From Lama glama (lineage: Eukaryota), in the NCBI GenBank assembly GCA_028534125.1, contig CM052817.1, positions 103,852,001 through 103,916,000 of the forward strand: a stretch of 64,000 nt of DNA, in the 5' to 3' direction. Shown here piece after piece: positions 1-13,605 of this stretch. Below the pieces are notes generated by a model. It saw only the letters and a list, made by a program, of their open reading frames with translations, was not told where the DNA came from and did not search any database. Positions within the stretch are counted from its first letter, which is position 1. Every line of letters begins with the position of its first letter. A program made the position numbers and the translations under genes.

Positions 1-1079
1 AGTTAATGAAATGACCAAGGTGAGACTATGTTACAGCCTGTTGGAGTTCCAGGGTCAGACCACATGATCCGAATTCAACTTGGTGCTACTGGGGACTGTT
101 CTGTGCTCTGCACCTGGGTAGGCTTGCCAGGGTGTCTGAGACAACTGAAGGAACAGTCAGGTCAAACGGCACCCCTTTGTTGATCCCATATGGGAAGATC
201 GGGCTGGTAGAATCTGGAAACCCAGCAATGCACCCTTGTCCTCTCCTGCAGTTCCCTGTCCAGCATCCTTGTCTTCCCACATGCCCTCTCCCCAACAGGT
301 AAAACTCTAGCCCGTCTTTCATTTAGAACTGGGACTCCGAGGAGGACGGTGTTATTTGCATTATGTACAAATTCCCATCAAGGGGAGACATGTTACAACA
401 GCTTTTCAATAATACATGTACGTTGTTATAAAAGTGAAAACAAAGATAAATATAAAAAGTAATCAGAAATCACATATAACCCCATAGGTTAAAAGTAGGC
501 AATATTGAATTTTTTCTTCTCTCTAGCCCTTTCCTTCTTCCTTCTCTCTTTTTTTTCTCTTTTTCTGTAAACTTACAAGATGACGGTGAGATTGACTTGC
601 ACAGCTTTGCTGTTAAGTCACCCATTCTGCCACCTACAGTGTTCAAACCTTTCCCATATCATTAATCTCAGCTACTGATCTGATGGGAATTGGACCCTAC
701 AAACAAGTTGTCTGCCAAAAGGAGATGTCCCCAGGTGAATGTTTACAATATTTTTACCCAGGAAGCCAACTTTTTGTGTTTTTTTAAACAAACCAAATCA
801 AAACAAAAAAAAAACCCAACAATCTGTTTTCCCCATGGGCTGATAAAATGGCTCAAAATATGCTGGAATTGAGATGAAAACAAATCACTTCTGGATACCT
901 TCGGGGCTTGCAAAGTCTAAACTAATAACTAAGGTGAAAATGTATGAATTACTAGGTAAAAAGACTAAATTATACTTTGGCAAGTGAACATTCTTGCCTG
1001 GAGTTAGATAAAACCATTCATGTCATATTCCTCATGGGCGTCGTTATCTAAGGCTTGGTGGCCAAGGTGATGGCTCAGG

Positions 1080-1282
1080 GGTCAGGCAGAGCTGGTTTAT
1101 AATTTCACTTCACCCATCCCTACAATCTTGGCTACATGATTTGTTCCTGCTAAGGCTCAGTTTCCTCATGTTTCAGCTGAGGGTAATAACAAACTTTCCC
1201 AGTAGTGATGTTGTAAGTTTTAACTGAGATAATTCATGCAAAGATTTTAGATCATAGTGAACTCAAGAAACATTAGCTATTG
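1080..1282 (+). mobile_element. MIR SINE fragment
   Basis: MIR core-like text 'ctcagtttcctcatgtttcagctgagggtaataac...gttgtaagttttaactgagataattcatgcaaag'; interrupted by the following SINE. Confidence 0.65.
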
Positions 1283-1283
1283 T

Positions 1284-1407
1284 GGGGAGGGTACAGCTTA
1301 GTGGTAGAGTGCATGTCTAGCATGCACAAAGTCCCAGGTTCAATTCCCAGTACGTCCATTAAAAAATTAAATAAATAAACCTAATTTCCCCCCCAAAACA
1401 AATAAAA
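1284..1407 (+). mobile_element. tRNA-derived SINE, camelid vic-1-like
   Basis: GGGGAGGGTACAGCTTAGTGGTAGAG (A box), GGTTCAATTCC (B box) and an A-rich tail; same family as the copies at ~37.7, 45.0 and 54.1 kb. Confidence 0.85.
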
Positions 1408-1514
1408 GTGCTATTATACTACATAATAATGGTGATTATAGTCATATTATTATATTATGTCATTATTATTTGTACTCCTACTTTGTGAAGATGTAAATCC
1501 AAACTCCAGTGAAT

Positions 1515-2002
1515 CATACTGCCCTGTATCTGTGATTCCCTGCAATGTAACACCACCACTTCTCCCATAATAGGTGGAAACTATCTCTATATTCCTTGAA
1601 GCTGGACTGGCCTTGAGATTTGCTTTGGGGAAAGTGATATTGGGTGACTCCCAAGACTAGACCTTAAGAATTCTTGCTGCTCCACTCTTGCTCTCTTGAA
1701 ACACATCTGCCATTATATGGAGAATCACTGCCTAGCTTCCTGGAGGTGAGAGACCACACAGAAGACAACCAAGGCACCCCAGGCAACATCCAGTGCAAAC
1801 CACCAGATACATGACCAAGGCCATCTTGGATCACCCAGCCCCAACTGAACCATCAGATGACTGCAGCCCCATAAATAATCTCAGGAGAAACCAGCAGAGG
1901 AGCCATCCACCTGCACTCAAGCAAAACTGCTCATGAGCAAATAAAACCATTCGTGTTTTAAGTGATGTTTGCTGTTTGCTATGCAGCAATAGTTAACTGA
2001 CC
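1515..2002 (+). mobile_element. MaLR (MLT1-like) solo LTR
   Basis: MLT1-type motifs 'ccttgaagctggactggccttgagatttgctttgg', AATAAA near 1940 and terminal 'gcagcaatagttaactga'. Confidence 0.7.
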
Positions 2003-3199
2003 CAGTTTCATGTATTATTTTCGTCTACAAACTCTTGTCACTTAAACAGTTTAAAGGCTAGAGGTTGTGCATTCTTTAAAACACATGTGCTGGATTCTAT
2101 GATTCTAGGATCTAGATGTTCCAGCTTATCCTTGCTAAGTCACCGTTCAAATGGAGAGAACTTACTTGGAAAGGAGGAAAGTTGCCACATACTAACATCA
2201 TAAACCATATGATCTAAGAAAGAACAAGGTAAGTTATAATTTTGGTAATTTCCACTTGAAATCTAGTGAGAAAAATCCTTTGCACTGATCTTGTCAAAAT
2301 AAAGTAGAACATGTGCTAAAATTTTAATAATTAGAATTCCCAAGGGCTATTTTCCTCAGAATGGCTTTTGAAGTTTTGGAGGAATCAGGAGAAATTGGGA
2401 CATAAAACAAGAAAGGCTTAACTGTGCTTGGTCTCAGGGAATAGGAATTATCTCTGCTTTGCCAATGACATGGGAAGCAGAGATAAACCCAGATGAGATG
2501 CAGGAACTTAGGGAACAGTCCAGGGATAAGCCACATTCTCGAAAACCAAAACAGAAAAGGTGAAAAGTATGGGAATTTCAAGGGTTGAGAACTTTGAGAA
2601 GGGGTAAAAGATGGGTGTTTAAAATAAATGTGGTTCAACCTAAAGTCTGAAAGAAGAGAAAAAGGAGGGAAGGAAGAGAAGAAGCAAGGAGACGTGGAGG
2701 GAGAGATAGAGGGATGAAGTTTTTGTGATCATATTAGGATTTTCCCTAAAGTTCCCACCAAAGCTTACAAAGAGCACATTTGTCGAAGAATTAACGCCTC
2801 TTGTATTGTTCTTTCAGGATAGTGAAAGCCCTTGAGAGGAAACTAAAGGGCTTCTCAAAGATCTCAGAAGCTTTGTGGATGTTACTGTGTAGTAAGTTGA
2901 TTTTTCTGGCAAACTTCTTTGGGTTCATGTTAAATGAGTAATTGACTGATTCTCATCTCACTTTGAAAAAGCGAGTAATTGAAGATCACTTTGTTTCTAT
3001 TTTCCCACTTTGTAAACCTATTTGCCTAAGGCAAACAAGCTAAATATTTCACCTGTATTTTAGTTTGACAATACTTTGTTGTAAAACTAGAGGAGAACTC
3101 AATCTTAACATAGGTGAAGCCCTCTCATTTCATCAGCATGCAATTTATTGAGAAATGTATCACACACTATCTTCACTTCCATTTTCTTTTAACTGACTG

Positions 3200-4520
3200 C
3201 AATACATTTTTACTCCCTTATCAGTCACTGACTCTTCTTATAAGATCCCTGAGTTTGCAATGGACACATTTTAGTCTTGATTTTCATGACTGGTGTAGAG
3301 CAGTTGACAATAGCATGCCCTGCATAAAATTTTCTCCTCCCTTGATATCCATGATGCAGGCTCTCCCGTGTCTCTCACTAGGGTCCCTCCCTTTCTTTGT
3401 CCTTTAAACACCTGTGACCCCAGGTTTTAATTCTATTGTTGGGACTCTTTACATTTTTATTTGTCATAGTTTTTCTTAATATTATCCATCCCCTTCATAG
3501 TTAAAATTTTTCTTTTATTATGTAAGTTTCAAGTGTATTGAGTTATGATTTGACACCTGTATACACTTCAAAATGATCACCAGCAAAGTTTAGTTACCAC
3601 TCATCACTGTACCGCAGACGAGCCCGTTCCACCATAGTTTTTATTTCATCAGCAAGTTGTTTACTCTAAGATCTGTGTCTTTAGTCTTCCATCTTAAGCT
3701 TAAAATGTGTATATTAAACTGTCATCTGAGCATCTCCTGGAAGTTCCTGGCATCTAACACTAATTTCATTTTTCTTTCCCCAAATCTGTTTTCCTCCCAC
3801 TCCACTTAGTACCAAAATGAATTAATCTTGTCATACAAGATAGAAACTTGAGTCATCTTTGACTTTTTCCTCTTTATTACCTTAAATGCTCAATTAGTTA
3901 CCAAGACCTGGTGAGTAATTTCAACTCTAGGTAATTAGGGAAATATCTTTAGTCTTTCACTTCTCCAATCCAATTATAATATTGCCTTTTGAGTTCTGTT
4001 TGTAAAACCCAAATAAATCATAATTCTATTAGAAACGTTGGTGGTCTCTCACCCTCCATCAGGTAGTTTATGAATTTTTTAGCCTGATAGAGGAGACAGC
4101 CTTCCTCAGGTGGCTTTGTGGTACACTTCAGCCTCATTTGTACCCACCTGCACTGCAGTTAATACTACTGGCACAGAACTACTCTGCATTTCCTGGATAG
4201 ATCATGTGACATCATGATCCATATCCTTGTATTTGCTAATCCATTTGCATGGCGTTCTTCCTCTGTTCTATTTGGTCATGGGATAGATGAAGGAGGAAGC
4301 ACAGCTCACACACAATTTGCAGTATGAAGTCATCCTTAACAGCCTAAATGTTTCCTCTCAGTCTCTTACATGGACTTTCACATAGAACTTATCACATTGA
4401 ATTATAATCATTTGCTTGTCAACAATGATGAACTTCAAATATCCAGTCTCTAGCACAAAGATTGACCCTTAGTATGATAGTCACATATAAACCAAGCAGG
4501 CGGTTTGTTAATGAATAATA
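3200..4520 (+). mobile_element. Degraded LINE-2 with a small nested L1 3' fragment (~3500-3630)
   Basis: Pyrimidine-rich L2-like text ending 'tttgttaatgaata'; highly diverged. Confidence 0.5.
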
Positions 4521-5279
4521 ACACTTGATTTTCTTGTATCAGACTCTCATATTCCTTGTCATACTTCTAATACAGACTTTTGAGCTGAAATAAAAATGCG
4601 TGACTTCGTGATAGAAATATAAATGTTCCTTATTTAGTGTTTCCTTTCAAGAAAATGTGCTAGTAAGATTGACATTAATAAGACAAATGTTGATGACTTG
4701 ATGACTTCTCTTTTCTTCCCCGCACTCTTGAGCTAGTTACTGAATCCCGGGGTTACTGATCACAATACTCCTGGCAATGGTGATTTTCGTCATGTTGAAT
4801 GTAAATTATAGATTCAGGTCTCTAGCCAAATCAAGGTTCTTTTTTATCTGATTTAAATTTCCACATCATGAATAACTGGCATTTTGCAATTTCACTGTGT
4901 TTGGTTAACTTTGGAGGCTCCACACATGGTTTTATATACCTTACTGAAAGTTAAGTGCAGTAGTTATTTAGAAGATTTTACAGTGACTGATAGGTCACTT
5001 TTCAAAATCCTAAAAACAAAACATATATTGGCTTTTTAATGGTGATTATTGATTTTATTTAAAATATTCTTTAAAAGTTTTTGCCTTTTCCTGGGTCAGT
5101 GAGTAGGTAATTAAACAGAATATTCTGGTTAAAATGGTATCTGTTAAAAGTTGAAATCCAGTGATTTTTATTTTTATTTTGCTCTTTGAATGGTCACATA
5201 CTATTCAGCTGAATAAATGAATCATAATTTAACTAGAACTTGACTGAAGGACATTTGTTTTGCCTCCAAGTTCTTGTCA

Positions 5280-6110
5280 TTACCTGCAGTGCTATTGTGA
5301 GCACCTTTTAATAAGAATCTGTTGTACAACTCTCAAATTATTCCCAGACTGATAGAGGAGAAATGGTATCTCAAATGAGTTTTAAAATTTCATTTTTCCT
5401 TATCAGTGCTCAAGATCAATTACACATCTTATTGTATTTTTAAGGACCATTTGTGCTTCTCTTTCCACAAATTGTCTGTTCACATATCATGCCCATTTTT
5501 CTATCTGATTGTTGTTTTTTCCTTCTGTTTTAAAAAGCTACTTAAATATTAGGATTATGAATACTTTAACAATGATAAGGTATTTAAGTTGAAAGAAAAA
5601 GTTAAAAATAATTTTTCGGGTTTTCCATTTTTTACATCTTGATCATGATAATATAAAATGTTTCCATACACAAGAGTATAAATTTTGAAATTTATTTAAC
5701 TTTAACATTTTATTTAGTCCAGTTTATGAATCATTCTCTTATTGTATCTTGATTTTGAGTATAGTTAGAAAAGGTTTTCTGAGCCTTAAGTTATGGAAGA
5801 ATTTAGCCATGTTTTCTTGTAGTACTTATACAGTCTATTTAAATTTATCATTGTATATGGGAGTAGATTCAGTTTTGTATCCTATTATTTGCTGTCAAGT
5901 TATTTCAGTACCATTTATTAAAGTGTTCATATTTTCCTCCATGATTTAAGATCAGCCTTTACCATGTGCTAAACTTTTATATGAGATTAATTCTATTCTG
6001 TGTTTTTCAGTTTGATTCCATGGGTCTACCAGCTTAATCATGCTCTAACGCCACACTGCTGTAATTACAGAAACTGTATGTTTAATATTTGGCACAGCCA
6101 ACTACTTCCA
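5280..6110 (-). mobile_element. Old L1 ORF2 3' fragment
   Basis: Diverged antisense L1 phrases ('aaatggtatctc', 'gcccatttttctat', 'cagtaccatttattaa'). Confidence 0.55.
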
Positions 6111-6124
6111 TAATGATTCAGCAT

Positions 6125-6710
6125 TTGTGTGTATTGAGAAATGATCATCACAATAAGTTTAGTCAACATTCATCACCATACACAGTTACAGAATTTTTTT
6201 CCTGTAATGAGAATTTTTAAGATTTACTCACTTAGCAACTATCAAACATGCAATGCAGTATCATTAACTATAGTCACCATGGTATGCATTACATCCCCAA
6301 GACATTTATCTTATAAAAAATCATGATTTATGCTTTTTAACACCCTTCACCCATTTTGTCCATTCCTTACCCTATCTAGCAACCACCAATTTGTTCTTTG
6401 TATCTATAAGCTTGTTTTTTTTTATTCCCTCCAAATATAAGAGATCATATGGCATTTGTCTTTCTCTACCTGACTTATTTCAGCACATAAGGACTTGATA
6501 AACATTAACCCCTCCAAAATTCTATGAAAAGATATATGCACACCCATGTTCATCACATCATTATTTACAATAACAAAGATACAGAGATAACCTGTGTCTA
6601 TTGACAGATAAATAAACAAAGCAGATGATTATGGAGCATTATTCAGCCATAAAAAAGAAGGAAGTTCTGCCATTTGCAACAACACACACAGACCTTGAGG
6701 GCATCATGCT
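6125..6710 (-). mobile_element. L1 3' end with a 5' inversion (minus ~6125-6490, plus ~6530-6710)
   Basis: Antisense L1MA-type 3' UTR followed by a sense piece ('atatatgcacacccatgttcat...gaccttgagggcatcatgct'). Confidence 0.75.
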
Positions 6711-7896
6711 GTTTTAGTTGAGCTGATGGAATGAAGTCTTGATTGGAGTGACCTAGACCGAATGAGTGAGTGTGAAAGCAGAATCAAGAAGTGTGGACAA
6801 CTGAAGTTTTTCTTTAAAGGAGGGCAAAAAAAATCAGGCAATAGCCTTAGGAGAATTTTTTTTAAGATGGAAGAAGCAACATTGCATTTGTATGCCAACC
6901 TCAAGATCCAGAAAAAAGGAAAAAAATTAATAGTGCAGAATTCAGTCAGAGTACTCAGAGTGGGCTGCCTCTTGGGCACATGAGAGGAAATAGGATCTGG
7001 GGGATAAGTAACATGATACTGAAAAAAGCAGGTGTACTTTGGCTGTTGTACAGATGATACTTTTGTGAGAATAAATATCTAATGACAAGAACTTCATCTG
7101 CATGTGAGAAGGGAAAGAGGGGTTAGGGATTCAAGAGAGAAAAGCTAAGAAATAATTGTCTGAGAAAGTCAGATAATGAATGACGAAGGCATTGTCATAG
7201 GATTGCAGGCAGGATGAGAGCTGTCTGTGACTGGAGTGGCATAGGATAAACAGACAAATTACAAACTTGAGCTCGATTTGGGCAAACACAGATACACAAG
7301 CAAATCCAATATGGCAGATGAAGAGTCTGGCAGTTGTGGTCTCTAAGTGGCAATCATATTTAAGCTTGAGTAAATGGCTATATTAGTTTCCTGAGCATTT
7401 TTTTTTTAATTTGTAGGACCCCAGGGCTCACAGTTAATAACACCACAGAATTCCCCTTGTCTTAAAGAGGTTATCTGATGTTACATTTGTTATCACGATC
7501 AGAACAGTCAGTTAGTGTTTAGAGGAGGCCTGCATTCCAAGCAAGGGACATGGAGTAATAATTCCAGAAACTGAGGCAGAAACCTGATCTTCGCCATGAG
7601 AAGAAAGGAAGAAGAGAGAAGTGTGTTGCTAAGAGGGGATCCAGGCAGCCATGATCTACCCAGCTCACTGGTTCCTGGATCTAATGTAATATATCTTATC
7701 TCAGAGCAGAAGTTCTGGCCAGGTGGGGCTTCCTCATACATTTCTTCTCTTGGTCAGGTCAGGCTCAGCGTCCATGGGGGATTAAGTCTCCAAAGAAGGG
7801 CCAAGACAGTGGCAGATAAATGGAGCCATCGAAGAAAGCAGAATTGGAAATGGAATTTTGAGGAAGTTTACAGATTTAATAATGAATTAATTAATG

Positions 7897-8005
7897 AAAA
7901 AAGAATATAAAAAGGAATATACATATGTGTAAGTATAAATGAATCACTATGCTGTACACTGGAAATTAACACATTGCAAATAGACTATATGTCAATAAAA
8001 AAAAA
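7897..8005 (+). mobile_element. 5'-truncated L1 3' terminus
   Basis: 'gaatcactatgctgtacactggaaattaacacattgcaaatagactatatgtcaataaaaaaaaa'. Confidence 0.75.
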
Positions 8006-9109
8006 GTAGCATCAAAACAGAACACACACCTTCAGTCTCTGTAGTTTAGAAGAGCAGGGAGGTGAATAGTTTGCTTTTAAGTAAGCCAGGATACGGTAAA
8101 AGTTAAGCTGTTGCTTAAAGATGAGCTAAATATTGCAATGGCTTAAAAAGAATTAACATCTTTCCATTTGCAGAAAAATCAAACATAATAAAAGTCTAGG
8201 TGGGCAACAACAACAACAAAAAAGTTCAAAAATTGTGTATTGGAAGTATAAAATTGAATGGCACCTTTAAAGTCACCAGAAAAAGTAAAATGTTTTCAAG
8301 ACCAGAATTGAATTACAATGTTTGATGCATAAAGGTGATGCTGTTTTCATTCAGATAAAATTTAAAACACAAAGAAACACAGTCTTCATCTTGTGACAGC
8401 TGAAAGAAGGCACAGCCATTTAAGAAGATGATTTTTTTGTTGAGCTAAACTAAACCGTAAATTGATCATGTGTGTGTTTGGATGGAGGACATTGAACGAC
8501 AGAGGGTACAAAAATCCTTAAGCACAGTTTTACCATCAGTAAGGAAAGCCTGTATAATTTTTTTTTTTTAAGTCACGATCGCTCTCGGATATCAAGTACC
8601 ATGAATGAGTTCTGAACAGGTGTTGGAGTACATTCAATTTGGGTTCAAATTCTATGAGCACTCCTGAGGGTACAGATATCACGCACTGGTGATCACAGTG
8701 AAGCCGGGTGATCAGATGCCCAACAGGAGGGAAAATGTGAGACAGCAGACATGATGTCACACCGTCCATGTGGGGGGTGTTACTGCAGCTCCATGAGGGC
8801 CCCCAGGTAGTCCCAGAGGTGGAAACCTCACTGAGGCTGCTGCACCCGTCCTCAAGGGGAATCTTAGCTCTCCTGTAATTTCCTGTTTCTCTGCCAATCA
8901 ATGCAGTGTTGAATGACAAGCGCTTTACATAGTAGGATTTGATGATAAATTTGAACTCAGTATTTTTATGGCTTCTTAGATCAACGTGACAAAATTGATT
9001 CACATATTGTGAATTTCCCCTAAAAGGGGTTTTCCTATGTATTCTATGCCAAAAAATAAAATAAATAAAAAATTTTCTCCTTTTTTGCTTGTATCTTATG
9101 TGGGCTCTA

Positions 9110-9226
9110 TCCTGTATAATCCATTATATAGAAAAAGAATCTGAAAAGAATACATGTATGCATAACTGAATCACTTTGCTGTACACCTAAAACATTTTAA
9201 ATCAACTACACTTCAATTAAAAAAAT
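9110..9226 (+). mobile_element. 5'-truncated L1 3' terminus
   Basis: 'gaaaaagaatctgaaaagaatac...ataactgaatcactttgctgtacacctaaaac...caactacacttcaattaaaaaaa'. Confidence 0.75.
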
Positions 9227-10222
9227 AATAATCTGTTTATTTTGAATATTTAAATTAGGTAGTCTTTATACTTACTCAGTTCTTTTTAAAACAAGTCACT
9301 TTCTAGGGGGAAAAATATCTAATCTTATATGTGGATTATGTATTTTACCCTTAAAGTAAACATGTCTTGCGTAAGCATACTTTCAGATTTCCTTTTGTAA
9401 CAAGCCATCCCATCTGTGGATTTAAGAAGATGAGAGCGTTTATTTTAAAAATTAAATCCTCTTAAGGGGGAAATATTAGCACTAACTTTTTGGTGGTCAG
9501 CACACCAGTCATTAAACAAACTTCTGCTGATAAATGTTTATAGTTTATTATGACAGCTACTCATAACACACTGACATAGCACCATCATTCATTGTTACCT
9601 ATTTTCAAAAAAATCCTGACACAGCTTGACACTTTCATACAATTTTAAAAGCTCAAAAGGGCCTCAGAAATTATTTAGACCATGTTTAGATAAAGTAACT
9701 AAAGCCCAGGAAGGTTAAGTGGCTTTTATAAAGTTTTACAGTTACCCCTGGCAGAATTACGATTCTGACTTAAAGTTACCTTGCCAAACAGTGAATCTTC
9801 AAAACCTTTATAGAGAAGGCTTCTCAGTTTTGCTTAGTAAGGAGAATATATATACTCTGGTGATGTGCGAATAGAAGGAAAAACATTTTACCTCAAAAAC
9901 AAATAATACATTCAACTGAAACATTTATACCCATAATTAGTCACGTGGTGTTGCACTGAGTTTTAAACACCCGATTAATTCTACACTATAGCAAGAAAAA
10001 CATATTATCTTTAAAATAAAGCAGAAGAATATGCAATATATCAAATAGTAACTGAAATAGTTGAATGTATTGCATAAAGGATTTATCTTCCAAATCAAAT
10101 ATTCATTCTAAAAGGGAATTAATGAAAACTGGCCACTAGCAGGTTTCTGTGTGTTCAAAAAGCATCAATTATATAAAAATCCGTGTGCACACACAGAGGC
10201 ACCTGCACAAACAGAGACGCAT

Positions 10223-10247
10223 ACACACACACACACACACACACACG
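10223..10247. repeat. (AC)n microsatellite
   Basis: Directly visible. Confidence 0.95.
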
Positions 10248-10559
10248 CTGTAAAGTAGCTGAGTCATCTTATGTCTAAGATTTCTTTTAAAAGAAAACTG
10301 CATGAAAGTATCAAGATAACATAAACTTTTTTGTTACTTAAAATGTAACTATATTTGGGGGTTATTATATTTCTAATAGCCAAATTCTTTGGGTCTTAAC
10401 TTGTTTCATATCCATTCAATGCTTTTGGTAATTAGAGTAATTTTTTTCTTCTTTTGGAAAGTAGTCATTACTCATCTGCCACAAAATCATGCTGATAAAA
10501 AAAAAGTTAGTATGAGATTTAATAAAGCACAGTCTTAATAGTATCTAAGTTCAATGATG

Positions 10560-10720
10560 GCTATTACAAGATACTGAGTACAGTTTCCTGTGCTATACAG
10601 TAGGTCCTTGTTGTTTATCTATTTCTATATACAGTAGGGTGTGTCTGATAATTTCAAATTCCCAATTTATCCCTCCTCCCTCTTCCCCCTGCGGTAAGCA
10701 TAAGTTTGTTTTCTATGTCC
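10560..10720 (-). mobile_element. L1 3' UTR fragment
   Basis: 'cctgtgctatacagtaggtccttgttgtttatctatt...cataagtttgttttctatgtc'. Confidence 0.75.
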
Positions 10721-12029
10721 AAAATAAACAGATTGTTACCGACAAAACCAGCTCTTAACAGTTTCAGATTTCTTTCTAATGCATTTACTCATTTGGTCCT
10801 CACACTGCATCAGTGAGAGAGATGGTGCCCATATTACCATTCTAATTTACATAAGAGGGAAATGAGGGAGAGAGAGGTGAAGTGTACTTTCTAAGGACTT
10901 ACCAGGAGGGCCGATGCATGGCCCTCCCACTCCCCAGGACGTCCCTGTCCCCAGGGGTGCAAGAGGGAAGGTGGGACAAAAAGTACAACCCCAGGCTCTC
11001 TCAAACTGGGGCCGGTGGAGGTCAGCAGCTTCATCCGTTCATCCTCTGAGATGCGGCTGGTGCGCTCTCTGCCTCTTCTTGCTTGGAAACCTGCCAGAGC
11101 ATCAGAAATCAGACATCGGCTTCTCTGAGGACTGCCTGCCCCAGAATAAAACACACAGTTCTCTTGAAGGTTCAGATTCATATTATACAAAAATATAAAA
11201 TAAAAAATATGTAAAATAAACCCAGAGTGTTGACCTTATAAATAGCATTTTCCCCATTTTACACAAGAAGGGAAGTCCTTGTAGTTCAAAGGGGGACCCT
11301 CCCGCTCACACGCCTGCTTTTTTCTTCTCTCTCTCCTCCTTCCAAGAGGTGTCCCGCCCCACCTCTCCATGTGTCCCCAGGAAGAAAGGTGTTCTCTTGG
11401 GCTCTTTTGATTCCAAATGATCAACTTCAGCCTAGAGACTGACTGAACTCTTGTGTTCGCTCCTTCTTGATGCTGAAGGGAGCGAGCAGGTTCTTTCCTC
11501 AAAAGTCACTGGGCTTCTCATCCTGAAAGTCACAAGTTGCCTCAACCATCACGTATCAAAGGGTGACTGTTGACTTTCTTTCAAAGACTGCACATGTAGC
11601 CTCACGTGAGGTAAATTTGTTGACACGATTAATATGACTTAGGCTGGCTTAACTTGGAGTGAGTAATCTTGACTTCATCTTCCTAAGAAGCAGCTAACAA
11701 ACTGCAGAGCCGGCTTATGTCACGAGAACTTCATTAAGTAGGAGAGCCTCTGACCCGCTGGTGTGGTGGAGTCACCGTGGTGTAGGTTATTTTGATTCTA
11801 AACTGCCTTCAGTTCACGCAAAGATGTAGCCTGTGTGTAGTTATATGTGTACACACACATACATGCACACGTATGTAGATGTATGTATAGATATGTGTCT
11901 ATAGGTATACACACATAGAATAATATTCAGCTTTCACTATTTCATGTTGCCTTTCAATTTTGTAAATCTAGTTGTTACTTTCATGAGAGTAATTGCTATG
12001 AAAGACTTTACCAGTGTTTTCCAAGACTT

Positions 12030-12385
12030 CTGGTTTCCCCTACTTGCTGCAAACCTACCTCCTTGAAACTAGGTGTGGTAAAGGGACTTGCCTTGGGCAA
12101 TAAAACTGGAATGAAAGTGATGTGTGTCACTTCTGGGTAGAAGCATTTAAAAGCTAATGCAGTTTCTTCATTCGCTTACCTCTCGCTGTGATAAACCGTA
12201 AAGCCTTCTGTTAGGATGGTGATGTTATGAGATGCAGACTTCTGTCTCTAGTTGAAATTTGTGTTCAGTGTGAAGAGTAAGTGAGAAATAAGCCTTTGTA
12301 ATTTTGAGTGAGACTTTTTTTTAATCTAAAAAACGTGAGATTTTGGGGTGTTTGTGAGCACAGTATAACCTAGCTTATCCTGAGC
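12030..12385 (+). mobile_element. MaLR (MLT1I/J-like) LTR
   Basis: 'ggaatgaaagtgatgtgtgtcacttctgggtagaagcatttaa...cagtataacctagcttatcctga'. Confidence 0.7.
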
Positions 12386-13395
12386 ATCCTAACAACTCTA
12401 AGTCACCAATATCTTTTAATTTGTCAACTCTTTCAACTTACCTTCTTCTACCTGGCTCTTCAAATGGTATTTCATTCTATTGACATATATCTCTTTTACT
12501 TAAAAGGCTTGGAGGAATGTTTGTATTTATTTGTTTTTATACATACGAATTCTGCCACAAACCTCATGCTAAACTTGTTGTCTATTTACTTCCTTCTGTA
12601 TATTTTAAATGCACAATACATTTTGAACCCAATGGCACAATTTTAAATATTGCTACAGAGGGGTTTTATGAATTCTTTGAAAATATTTGAGAATACCATA
12701 GAAGAGGAATACATAAGTGAAATTCATAAGATGTGTGAGGTATGGATATATAATATAATGTGTAAGCAAGCAGCTTGAGAGATGTAGAAGATAAGTAAGG
12801 CAGTAGGCAGAGCCTGCATGAGATGAACATAGATATAAAAAGATAGAAAGATCAAAAGGCACCTAATATGTGTGGTACCCTAAATATATGGGAGACACAT
12901 GGTATTCATCAGGCACTAAACACCTGTCAGCCATTGAGTGTCCATAAGGTTTTAATTTGGTCACTTATCGGTAACGTTCATTCTGGCCTCATATATCTTC
13001 CACTCAAGAAACACAAGTAAAATCCATAGCTTATCACAAGCTGATTCCAGTGAGCATCTCAGTGGGCAAGTCCAGTGACTGGTCAGGTGTGCTTGCCCTG
13101 CATATCTGGTACAGATATATGTGTGCTGGTCCCAGGCCTCTTCTGTCTGTTGAGTTACTCAAACTTCAACTTGGTGCTTATAACTATACCATTAAGGGGA
13201 TAGGGCAGTTCAGAAAAGAGGGAGGCCAAGATTATGTAAGACATACACATGCATCTATCTATCTATTTTTCTATCCATTTATATAGAGAGAACTGTGTCA
13301 CCCAGAGGTTAGGTGGTGTGTGTTCCACTCTGCACACTATTTCAAGTGCGTTAACCTATGCCATCTTTTCCCCGTTGCTTCTCTGTATGTGTTTT

Positions 13396-13605
13396 TTTTT
13401 TTAAATTGAAGTTTAGTCAATTTACAATGTTGTATCTGTTTCTGGTGTACATCATAGTGATTCAGTTTATATATACATATACTTCTTTTTCATATTCTTT
13501 TTCATTACAGGTAACTACAAGCCATTGAATATAGTTCCCTGTGCTATACAGCAGGACCTTGTTTATCTATTCACAGTAGTTTGTATCTGCCAATCCCAAA
13601 CTCCC
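13396..13605 (-). mobile_element. 5'-truncated L1 insertion with TSD
   Basis: Poly-T plus L1 3' UTR, flanked by the direct repeat TATGTGTTTT (13386-13395 and 13606-13615). Confidence 0.85.

Noticed and set aside
1284..1360. tRNA gene-like sequences (also at ~37.8, 45.0 and 54.2 kb)
   Set aside because: They have A/B boxes but also A-rich tails, TSDs and mutations, so they are SINEs rather than tRNA genes.
8536..9003. 155-aa minus-strand ORF and possible exon
   Set aside because: No recognisable homology; the candidate acceptor near 8873 has a purine-rich upstream tract.
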